A stretch of 64,000 nucleotides of DNA from Hemiscyllium ocellatum (Eukaryota): positions 27,485,278-27,549,277 of the forward strand of contig NC_083440.1 of the NCBI RefSeq assembly GCF_020745735.1. The letters are read 5' to 3'. Position numbers and translations under genes: made by a program. Below the pieces are notes generated by a model. That model made no database searches and was not told the DNA's origin. It saw only the letters and a list, made by a program, of their open reading frames with translations. Positions within the stretch are counted from its first letter, which is position 1. Every line of letters begins with the position of its first letter. Positions 1-9,959 of this stretch are shown piece by piece.

Positions 1-269
1 AGGTAAGACAAATTTGTGTTTCAAAACCATGAAAATTATCAGAATTTCACAGCACAGAGAGAGCACATCTAATCCCGAACCACTGAGTAAACGCTCGGTA
101 TTAGTAAAACGTGGCCAAACTGACAGGCCCATCTCGTGTTTACTGCTTATCAATAACTCCCATGTCTTCATTATCATAACAAAGATGCAGGACAGGGTGA
201 TGCGTTGTGACTGAACGGTGTGGGAGGTCCTGGATGTTATCCTGAACCAAGGCTCCCTCTGGCTCTGTC

Positions 270-1740
270 CTAGCCCACCAATACTGGGATTTCCTGTGGC
301 CCACTTTATTACAATGAAAACACCAGGGCTTTTGATCTTCTCTGTCCCCCTCAAAGGTTTCTTTTTTACCCTGGGGTAAGGTCTCCCTGGGATCTACCCT
401 TCCCTTTCCACACCAGGATTTCTCTTTGTCCCAGTTTCTCTCCCTCCTGGACTGAAATCGATTCTGGAAGTCAATCCGTGTTTTATGGACCAGCCCATAC
501 CCATCAGCCCCTTCAGCTGCTAACCTGACTGTTTTAACCCTCTGTTCTGCCCCATGAGCTTACACGACATCCACACTGAGACTACCCTCAGCCTTTATCT
601 CCAGCCTTTTCAACTCACCTTCCTTTTTAAGTGTCAGGTTGTGAAGTTTAAGAGCTCTCTCTATTTCATTCTCTGCCCTCTCCCTTTTTCCCTTTCTTCT
701 GCTTTTAATTGTAAACCAAATCGTTTCATTTCTGCTGCCCTTTCCTGATCTCTCGCCTCTAACTGGAGCTGTTCCATTTGTAATTGAATCCTTGCCATCT
801 CTATAGATGCTGAGGGTTTCTCCAGCAATTGGAAATGCTGAGCTGCCGCTGGAATTCTCTCTCCTTTCCTCACAGAACCAGGCAATCCAAATTTCAGCTT
901 CTCCGCTCATTCCCGCAACTTTGTCTCACTCACCTTTTGCAAACCTTCTAACGTCACCGAATCCACATCCAGAAAACCTTTGGTGACTAAAAGAGCCATT
1001 ACTCTCCCAAGCTTAGTCCACCCAACCAAACCGACACCCGAAATATAGACACTAGCACCGACCACTCGCTGTTTAAAATCCAGGACGAGCCCCCACAATC
1101 TGTTATGGATGAGGCCAGACCACTCAAAACATTCTTAACCAGGAAGACCAGACCATAACTTTGCAATCTGTTTCAGTAAGTGTACAGTGAAAATTACCCG
1201 GAGGAAGTTAGTGAGGTTGACGACCAGGGTGTAGAACAGACAAAGATTTATTCACAAAATTACACATTGAAACACAAAATAAAGACCCCTGACAGAACTC
1301 AGTCGATCCAAACTAGACTTCATCATGTTGTTCCAAATACCCACAACCGTCCCAATAAGCAAAACTTTAAAACCCTTTAAAACCCAGTACAGAGGGAACA
1401 CATGTGGACAGGCTGAAGTTAGACAGAGAGGCAGAGTTTCCACACAGCTCCCTGTTGAATTCCCAACCAGTTCTCGACTGAACTGAACTGCTCAGCTAGA
1501 GAGCAGACCAATCCCCTTTCATTATACAGGTCACTCCTAGAACATGACCACTTGGCCTAAAGGCTCATCTGTTTCCATAGAAACAAAAGGCCTCTCCAAA
1601 CCCTTCCCATCTCTGTACCAAACCAGCCTGATCGGAGCCCGGCCTGGTATATTACCCCCTCTCCCTCTGAAATACATCCAGGGCAGAGTCTCCCTGAGCC
1701 AAGGGACAGCTTTGGATAAAGAGGGACTAGCTTTGTGCCA
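270..1740 (-). mobile_element. Truncated Gypsy-like LTR retrotransposon (5' LTR plus decayed gag), copy 1
   Basis: LTR-like block 1101-1740 (tgttatgg...tttgtgcca) with an adjacent tRNA-Pro-type PBS. Minus-strand gag-like peptides (MALLVTKGFLDVDSVTLEGLQKVS..., coiled-coil-like segment) and a decayed zinc knuckle (CFHCNKVGH). Confidence 0.75.
1079..1095 (-). promoter_or_regulatory. tRNA-Pro primer-binding site of the Gypsy-like element
   Basis: Minus strand reads TGGGGGCTCGTCCTGGA a few nt after the LTR end; the canonical PBS-Pro is TGGGGGCTCGTCCGGGAT. Confidence 0.75.
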
Positions 1741-1862
1741 CTAGCATGGACTTTGAGGGGCTGAGTGGCCTCCTTCTCTTGTCCCAGACTGTTCCAAATA
1801 GCTGTATCACCTCTGGAGGGTGTGGATTGGGAATTGATCCTGGCTGCTTTCCCCTGATACAG

Positions 1863-2192
1863 CTGCAATGGATAAAGTCGCTGACGTTGGAGGGACCGTG
1901 ACACTCCCGTGTCAGGTCGGGAATGTCACTATGTCCCAGGCCACTGTATACTGGCAAAAACGCCTGGAAAAGAAAGTCTTGTTCTATTGGAAGAATGGGA
2001 AAATGGATCCCAATTATCAGAATGAGAAATACCGGAACAGAAGTCGCATCTCCCACAGTGAATTCCAGAAGGGAATCCTGTCACTGATAATTTGGGATCT
2101 GCGTCTGAGTGATAGTGGAGTGTATGATTGTATCATCAAAACAGAACACCAAGGAACTCCTGAGCGATACACCATTACTCTGAAAGTTAACA
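1863..2192 (+). CDS. IgV-set exon of a B7-family (CD80/CD86-like) gene, copy 1
   Basis: 330-nt phase 1-1 exon bounded by gatacag| and |gtgagt. Ig hallmarks: LPC (B-strand Cys), VYWQK (Trp), YRNR, LSL.I.DLRLSDSGVYDC (F-strand Cys), ITLKV (G strand). The YWQK...KKVL segment resembles the CD80-type C strand. Positions 1-4 (ag|gt) are the donor of the preceding leader exon. Confidence 0.9.
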
Positions 2193-2244
2193 GTGAGTGC
2201 TGTCCTCATTCCTGTCCTTATACCCCAGCTCAGTTTGTGTCTGT

Positions 2245-3540
2245 CTACATCAGTTTGTCTGTGTGTACATCTGTGTGTGTACATCTGTGTGTGTGTACAT
2301 CTGTGTGTGTGCACATCTGTGTGTATGTATACATCTGTGTGTGTGTACATCTGTGTGTGTACATCTGTACGTGTACATCTGTGAGTGTGTGTATATATCT
2401 GCATGTGTGTCTGTGTGTGTACATCTGTGCGTGTACGTGTGTGTACATCTGTGTGTATGTTCATGGGTGTGTGTACATCTGTGTGTGTACATCTGTGTGT
2501 GTGTATGTACATCTGTATGTATGTACATCTGCATGTGTGTATATATCTGTGTGTCCATTTGTGTGTGAGTATGTGTGTTCATGTACATCTATGTGTGTAC
2601 ATCTGACTGTGTATGCACATCTGTATGAGTATACATCTGTGTGTGCATGTACATCTGTGTGAGCATACATCTGTGTGTGTACGTCTGTGTGTGTATGTAT
2701 ATCTGTGTGTATACATCTGTGTGTGTATACATCTGTGAGTGTGTGCACATCTGTGGGTGTCTGTGTACATCTTTGTGTGTGTACATCTGTGTGTGTGTAT
2801 ACATCTGTGTGTATACATCTGTGTATATACATCTGCATGTGTGTGTGTACATCTGTGCGTGTACTTATGTGTGTGTGTACATCTGTGTGTATGTACATGT
2901 CTGTGTGTATACATCTGTGTTTGCATATCTGTGTGTGTACATCAGTGTGTGAGTATGTGCGTGCATGTACATCTGTGTGTGTACATCTGTGTATGAGTGT
3001 GTGTATGTACATCTGTGTGCGTGCATGTATGTGGGCACATGTATGTACATCTGTGTCTGTGTACTTCTGTGTGTGCATACATCTGTGTGTGTACATCTGT
3101 GTGTATGCACATCTGTGTGTGTATACATTTGTGTGTGTATACATCTGTGTGTACTTCAGTGTGTGTGTATACATCTGTGTGTGTGTACATTTGTGTGTGA
3201 GTGTGTGTGTATGTACATCTGTGTGTGTACATCTGTGTGTGTATGTACATCTGTGTGCGTGCATATATGTGGGCACATGTTTGTGTGTGCATATATGTGT
3301 GTGTGCACATGTTTGTGTGAATGTGTGTGTGTGTGGTTTTGGACATCTGTGTTTGGACGTGTGTGTGCATAAATGCGTGTACATATGTGTGCATATGTGT
3401 ATGTGTGAGTACGTATCTGTGCATGTGTGCATACTTTCGTGTGTACTGTGTTAGTGAGCTCATGTCTGTGTGTGTGGTGTTGTGTGTGTGTGTATATCAG
3501 TTGTGTGTGTGCCACTGTGTGTGTACGTCTCTGTCTCAGT
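2245..3540. repeat. Compound (TG)n-TACATC microsatellite array
   Basis: Repeated tgtgtgtacatc-type units, intronic. Confidence 0.95.
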
Positions 3541-3696
3541 GTAAGAGAGAGAGTGTGTGTGTGTGTGTACGTCTCTGTCTCAGTGTAAGAGAGTGTGTGT
3601 GTGTGTCACTGTGTGTGTACATCTCTGTCTCAGTGTGAGAGTGTGTGTGTGTCACTATGTGTGTACGTCTCTGTCTCAATGTAAGAGAGTGTATGT

Positions 3697-4380
3697 GCGC
3701 CCACACCTCCACACTCACTTCCCTCCAAGGCCCCAAGGGATCCTTCCATATCCGCCACAAGTTCACCTGTACCTCCACACACATCATCTATTGCATCCGC
3801 TGCACCCGATGTGGCCTCCTCTATATTGGTGAGACAGGCCGCTTACTTGCGGAACGCTTCAGAGAACACCTCCGGGCCGCCCGAACCAACCAACCCAATC
3901 ACCCCGTGGCTCAACACTTTAACTCTCCCTCCCACTCCACCGAGGACATGCAGGTCCTTGGACTCCTCCACCGGCAGAACACAACTACACGACGGCTGGA
4001 GGAGGAGCGCCTCATCTTCCACCTGGGAACCCTCCAACCACAAGGTATGAATTCAGATTTCTCCAGTTTCCTCATTTCCCCTCCCCCCACCTTGTCTCAG
4101 TCGGTTCCCTCAACTCAGCACCGCCCTCCTAAACTGCAATCCTCTTCCTGACCTCTCCGCCCCCACCCCACTCCGGCCTATCACCCTCACCTTGACCTCC
4201 TTCCACCTATCCCACCTCCATCGCCCCTCCCCCTAGTCCCTCCTCCCTACCTTTTATCTTAGCCTGCTTGGCTCTCTCTCTCTCTTATTCCTGATGAAGG
4301 GCTTATGCTCGAAACGTCGAATTCTCTATTCCTGAGATGCTGCCTGGCCTGCTGTGCTTTGACCAGCAACACATTTGCAG
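3697..4380 (+). mobile_element. 5'-truncated Penelope-like retroelement (GIY-YIG endonuclease plus terminal repeat)
   Basis: Open frame to the stop at 4151 contains HIIYCIRCTRCGLLYIGETGRLLAERFREH (GIY-YIG with PLE-type Cys/His). The 3' region carries a hammerhead core. Confidence 0.9.
4287..4322 (+). ncRNA. Minimal type I hammerhead ribozyme motif in the PLE terminus
   Basis: ATTC-CTGATGA-A-GGGC-TTAT-GCTC-GAAA-C-GTC-GAAT. Stem I is ATTC/GAAT, stem II is GGGC/GCTC, stem III is loopless and palindromic (ACGT), and the cleavage triplet is GUC. Confidence 0.7.
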
Positions 4381-5179
4381 GTGTGTGTGTATGTCTCTGT
4401 CTCAGCGTAAGAGAGTGCGTGTGTGTGTCACTGTGTGTGTACATCTCTGTCTCAATGTAAGAGTGTGTGTGTGTGTGTCACTATGTGTGTACGTCTCTGT
4501 CTCAATGTAAGAGAGTGTGTGTGTGTATGTCTCTGTCTCAGTGTAAGAGAGTGTGTGTGTACGTCTGTCTCAGTGTAAGAGTGTGTGTGTGTGTACGTCT
4601 CTGTCTCAGTGTAAGAGTGTGTGTGTGTGTGTCACTGTGTGTGTCACTGTGTGTGTACGTCTCTGTTTCAGTGTAAGAGAGAGAGTGTGTGTGTGTGTGT
4701 GGGTGTGGCTCCCTTGTTATGTATCCTTGTCTCTTTATCCCCCTCACTCACGCTCACTACTCCTTCCCCTCTCTCTCTCTCTCTCTGCCTCGGACTCTCC
4801 CACTCTGTTAAAAGCTCTCTCTCTGACTCCCTCTTTCTGTATTTCTGCTGACTTATGTGTGACTCGATGTTTGTCTCTCCTCTTCTCTGTCTCTCTCTCC
4901 TTTCTCCCTTTCCATATCTGTATCCCTCTCTCGGCCTCTTGCTGTCTCTGTCTAACTGTCCCACCCTCTTTATTACACTCCATCTGGGTATTTATCTGTT
5001 CCTCTGAGTTACTCGCTCACTGGGTATTTCTCTCCCATTCTCTGCCACACTCCCTCTCTCTCTGATTCCATCTTTCAGCTTTGGCCATAACCTGCTTCTG
5101 TATCTCTCTCTCTCTCTCTCTGTCTCACACAAAGCCAGCCTCAAACTCTCTTGTCCTGCCTTTGATCTGTGTTTTCCAG

Positions 5180-5242
5180 ACCCTACAACTGTGGAACCAC
5201 GAACAGTGGAGACTAATGGGGCCACTCTGCAGAATCAAACAG
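5180..5242 (+). CDS. Putative Thr/Pro-rich stalk exon of the B7-like gene (copy 1 only)
   Basis: Acceptor gttttccag| and donor |gtaaga. 63 nt, phase 1-1, in frame with the IgV exon: NPTTVEPRTVETNGATLQNQT(G), with an N-Q-T sequon. Confidence 0.65.
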
Positions 5243-5424
5243 GTAAGATGTGGTGGAAATCTCACTCCAGGACCCAACAGTGACCCTGAAATGAAACCCA
5301 GTCCCCCACACAAACCCCCAGCACAACCACCAAGTGGCATAATGTAATCCCCCAAAATAAAGTGAACAACACCATTACCCCCGCACCCGAGTCTGAATGG
5401 AAAACTCAGGAACCACAACTGGGA

Positions 5425-6486
5425 GTCAGTACTGAGGGAGGGTCAGCACTGAGGGAGGGTCAGCACTGAGGGAGGGTCAGTGCTGAGGGAGGGTCAGTGC
5501 TGAGGAAGGGTCGGCACTGAGGGAGGGTCAGCGCTGAGGGAGGGTCAGTAGTAATGGAAGGTCAGCGCTGAGGGAGGGTCAGTACTAAGGGAGGGTCAGT
5601 ACTAAGGGAGGGTCAGCATTGAGGGAGGGTCAGCACTGAGGGAGGGTCAGTACTGAGGGAGGGTCAGTGCTGAGGGAGGGTCAGTGCCGAGGAAGGGTCA
5701 GTACTGAGGGAGTGTTAGTACTGAGGGAGGGTCAGTACTGTGGGAGGGTCAGCACTGAGGGAGTGCCGCACTGAGGGAGGGTCAGTACTGAGGGAGGGTC
5801 AGCACTGAGGGAGTGCCACACTGTGGGAGGGTCAGCGCTGAGGGAGGGTCAGTACTGAGGGAGTGTCAGTACTGAGGAAGGGTCAGTACTGAGGGAGTGT
5901 TAGTACTGAGGGAGGGTCAGTACTGTTGGAGGGTCAGCACTGAGGGAGTGCCGCACTGAGGGAGGGTCAGTACTGTGGGAGGGTCAGCACTGAGGGAGTG
6001 CCGCACTGTGGGAGGGTCAGCGCTGAGGGAGGGTCAGTACTGAGGGAGGGTCAGCACTGAGGGAGTGTTATTACTGAGGGAGGGTCAGTACTGTGTGGGG
6101 GTCAGCACTGAGGGAGGGTCAGCACTGAGGGAGTGACGCACTGCGGAAGGGTCAGTGCTGAGGGAGTGCCGCACTGAGGGAGGGTAAGTGCTGAGGGAGG
6201 GTCTGCATTGAGGGAGGGTCTGCACTGAGGATGGGTCAGTACTGAGGGAGGGTCAGCACTGAGGGAGGGTCAGTAATGAGGGAGGTTCAATGCTGTGGGA
6301 GGGTCGGTACTGAGGGAGGGTCAGTACTGTGGGGGTCAGCACTGAGTGAGTGCTGCACTGAGGGAGGGTCAGTACTGAGGGAGGGTCAGCACTGAGGGAG
6401 GGCCGCACTGAGGGAGGGTCAGTACTGAGGGAGGGTCTGCACTGAGGGAGGGTCAGTACTGAGGGTGTGTCAGTACTGAGGGATGG
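5425..6486. repeat. 17-bp minisatellite (cagtactgagggagggt), copy 1
   Basis: About 60 tandem units read directly. Confidence 0.95.
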
Positions 6487-7505
6487 GCTGGGATTTAAGA
6501 CCAGGACCTCCCCGGGGCAGTGTCCCACATTGGCAGGGGAGATGCCAGTGATGTCACCGTTTCTGGAACAGCTTGGCTAGGGCAGCAACACCTTCCGGGG
6601 CAGGAATCTCCAGGGCGGTTGACGGGATGTTGGCAGGGACCCGTAGCCTTCGCGGTATCCAGTGTCTCCCACCGTTCCCTGATATCACCTGGAGTGAGGC
6701 TGGAATCTGGGACCCATGATGCTCAGGACCACTGGAGCAGGCTGAGGTGGAACACCCACTCCCCCACCCCCACTCCCCACCCCAATAAAAAAATAAATAA
6801 ATAGATAAATAAATAAAAGACAGTGAGAGGGGATGGTGGGACCATTCAAGGGCTTTGCCAGAAGGTAAAGAACCATCCAGTAGAGAGTTCCAACCATCCA
6901 TCAGAGTGAGAGTATCGAGGGGGATGCTGGGTCAACAGTGAGGATTGATGTTAGGGAAGGAGGGAGGTTTGACCCGATCCCTCCAACTGTAAATGTTCTG
7001 AATCTCAATTATCTCTCAGAATATTAGAGATGGACATTGATAGATCTGTCTCTGCCACGGCCATTACGTATACATTTAGGGACACCACATTTTGCACAGA
7101 ACTGGATCACAATCGTTATGCGGTTAACGGCGAGGATGAGAAATACACAGTGAGACAACTGATGGGGATGATGGCAATATTATCAATTGTCCCAGCGATG
7201 TAGTGATATGGAGGCACCTGTGTGTGTTTCAGATTTCCAGCATCTCCACCACTTCTCTTTCAATGAAGAGGTTCACCAAACCTTTTCCCCTGCCATAGCC
7301 AGTGTGCTTGCAGCTTTGTTACAATAGGGACAGACACTGCTGCAGTCTGTCAGACACTGTCCTGCTGCTCCGTCTTGCCCTGCCGGAAGGTAATGTCCTC
7401 ACTCTGATCCAAGGGTGATTGCCCCCTCCAGTTGACAAACTCTGCCCTTGGATTGTTCCTGCTCCCACTTAGGGAAACGTTGGGAGTCTCTCCCTCCTTC
7501 TGTTC

Positions 7506-8407
7506 TCAGACATCCACAGTCTGACGAATTCGAGCAAAGGGATATTTCAGCACCTCCTTCAGCTGCTCTCTGAACTTAGTCTGGGTCACGGCGTAAATGA
7601 TGGTGTTTGTGCAGCAACTCAGGAGTTGCAACATGAAGCCCCACTCCAGCACAAAATCATCGAGATCCATGAATTCATATCCCAGATCGAACAAACGGGT
7701 CCATGTGGAATACAGCATCAGTACTGACCATAACAGAATAAAATTGGCTGAGATAACAAACAGCAAAACAATTGATTTCCTTCGACTCTCCATTTCGGAG
7801 TCTTTGGTGTTCTTGTCCCTATTACAAGCCCGGAGTCTCCTGCGGGCTCTGCTGGTCACTAAAATGTATCTGACTGTCAAAATATTGAGCAGCAGAACCA
7901 AGACAAATGGGAGACATGGGGTTATAATGTGATGGAGGAACTCGATTGTCACCCAGAATAGCGATTCTAGTATTGCCAGAGAATAGTCACAAAACCACGG
8001 GAGGTTCAACAATTTATAATTTTCCGTGAACATAAAATACCAGAAAAGGTTCTTTAAACAGCTCACCACAGTCACTGCTCCGAGAATGAGAGATGCTGTT
8101 CTTGGAGTGCAGTATCTGTTTTTCACTTTCTGCCAACAAATGGCCACAAACCGATCAAAGGTAAAAGTGACGGTGAACCAGACAGAACAGTCTGTAGCTG
8201 CATAAAGCAGGACGGCGTGGATGTTACACACGGGGGTGGACTTCAAGAAGATAAAATGTTCCTTAAAAACAATGGGGATGTGTCTCAGTATCAGGTCAAG
8301 GATAATAACAAGGAGATCTGCCACTGCCATGGCAACCAGGTAACGGGTGATACATTTCGAGAGACCACACTTTCCTTGGGCCAAGATTGCAATCGCCAAT
8401 ATGTTAA
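7506..8407 (-). CDS. GPR139/GPR142-like class A orphan GPCR, exon 2 (end of TM1 to C-terminus), copy 1
   Basis: Acceptor cctcacag|TT AAC ATA. Intact frame: (V)NILAIAIL...LVAMAVADLL (TM2), FTFDRFVAIC (DRF variant of DRY), ECL2 LPWFC, SCCTNTIIYAVT (NPxxY-like). Confidence 0.93.
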
Positions 8408-9222
8408 CTGTGAGGACCAGAAAATGGAGATTGACATTACACGTTGGGTATGGGGCACAGTTCTCACTTTTGCCTGAGATAGAGACTAGGATTAGAAGGG
8501 CACAAATCTATCAGACTGTTAGCAGGGCTGCAAGCGATGACAGAGGCCAGGGCTGGTCAGGTCTCAGGTGGAATTGAGAAACAAGAACCAGAATTTTGAA
8601 AACAAGGCAATGGTGGACAAGCGGTCAGTGCAGGTCAGAGAGCACACGGAGTGCAAGGGAGAGTGACACAGATCTTCAGCGAACAGACTCAGTGTACATT
8701 TCAAAAATGTGACTTGAATACCCTGTTCAACATTAAACCGGACGGGGGACACGAGAGAAGGGAATGAAAATGCAGCCTGCACCATTTTGTTGTCTTCAGG
8801 TGGTTCAGAGACCGCAGAGACTCTAAAGAGCCTCAAAATTACAGCCAGGCAGGGAATATGGAGGGAAATATATTCCCTTTCTTTTGGGTATAATTTGCAG
8901 GAACATAATAAATGATCATGGTACTGGGATGAAGTGGAAGGGGGTGGTCCATAAGGGATTCAATGATGAGGTGCTGACAGACAATGGAAGTGCAGAGGGA
9001 TATTGGGCAAAAAAAAATAACAAGAATTCCAAACTATCTCTGGGATCAGCCATGGAGGAGAGTGGAGATGATGGACAGGGGTCTGCAGTGCGATCGGTTG
9101 TAGTGCTGTGACTGACTGACCCTGGAAAGAGTGATATCATTCCCCCCAGACATGGAGTTGCTAACAGCAGAGAGGTGATTAGACATGGTTTGTGAAATTA
9201 ATAACAGGATATAGATACTTAC

Positions 9223-9631
9223 CGGGGACCCCAACAATAGCCAGGATGGGATAGTAACCGGCCTGAATAACAACAAGCACGAAGAGGATTCGAAATCTCA
9301 AGGAGATCCAATCCACTGAAAGCCAATCCAAACTCTCAGAGAAACCCCTGTCCATTGCTACAACCTTCTGATCTCCTCTGGTCAGATTCTCACACCCTGT
9401 GGTAAGAAGGTTCCAATCCACAGCTCCCTGGTTCTGACCCAGTGTTCTAAGGTTCCAATCCATTGTTCCCAGGTTCCGTTTGTCTGTTGTAAGGTTACAA
9501 TCCATTGCCCCCAGGTTCCGTTTGACTGTTGTATGGTTCCAATCCATTGTCCCCAGGTTCCGTTTGACTGTTGTAAGGTTCCAATTCATTGTCCCCAGGT
9601 TCCGTTCGACTGTTGTAAGGTTCCAATCCAT
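9223..9631 (-). CDS. GPR139/142-like GPCR, exon 1 (repeat-rich N-terminus plus start of TM1), copy 1
   Basis: First in-frame ATG is at 9631, with an upstream in-frame TGA. It ends YYPILAIVGVP G|gtaagt, a phase 1 donor matching exon 2. Predicted protein is about 436 aa. Confidence 0.85.
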
Positions 9632-9680
9632 TGTGCCAAGGTTCCGTTTGTCTGTTGTAAGAAGGTTCCAACCCACTGCT
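9420..9680 (-). repeat. 42-bp coding tandem repeat (MDWNLTTVKRNLGT) in the GPCR N-terminus
   Basis: Four complete units plus degenerate flanking units; each complete unit has an N-x-T sequon. Confidence 0.9.
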
Positions 9681-9959
9681 CCCTGGTTCTGACACAGTGT
9701 TGTAAGATTTCACAGATCGTATTCTCTACTCTCTGAAACCTCTGGAAACATTGCTACCTGCTTGTGCTGACAGGAATATTCCCTGCTAACATTATCTGAT
9801 GTTTCTTTTTAAAAAAGCTTCTTTTTAAATTTAGAACGTGGAAACCCTCCAGTGACACTCCACCAATGTCCAGGGAGACTGACATTAACTACGGTCACTG
9901 AACAAATAACTTCCCTTACCTCATATTGCTGGGGGCGTTGGGATCCAATTAAAAACAAA

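Larger units (their letters stand above)
3510..4700. repeat. ~30-40 bp TG-containing minisatellite (ctctgtctcagtgtaagagagtgtg...), interrupted by a PLE
   Basis: The motif ctctgtctcagtgtaaga recurs on both sides of 3697-4380. Confidence 0.85.

Noticed and set aside
2054-2100. CACAGTG heptamer in the IgV exon as a V(D)J recombination signal
   Set aside because: No nonamer at 12- or 23-bp spacing, it lies mid-domain, and the exon encodes its own G strand and ends in a splice donor, so the V is non-rearranging.
2193-3640. Many His/Thr- or Cys/Val-rich ORFs (also at 12.2-13.0, 42.9-43.1, 47.9-48.6, 52-53.3 and 60.3-61.1 kb)
   Set aside because: They are translations of CA/TG microsatellites.
4668-5065. 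Leu/Ser-rich hydrophobic ORFs as the missing TM exon (also 49032-49948)
   Set aside because: They are (CT)n low-complexity translations. Only the 72-nt exon at 49665-49736 has proper splice sites and phase.
6520-6804. 94-aa ORF ending at the AATAAA cluster as the terminal B7 exon
   Set aside because: The phase would fit, but there is no polypyrimidine tract before the AG and no recognisable domain.
9420-9680. 42-bp, 32-bp and 15-bp arrays as CRISPR-like arrays
   Set aside because: The units are contiguous without unique spacers, there are no cas genes, and the context is vertebrate.
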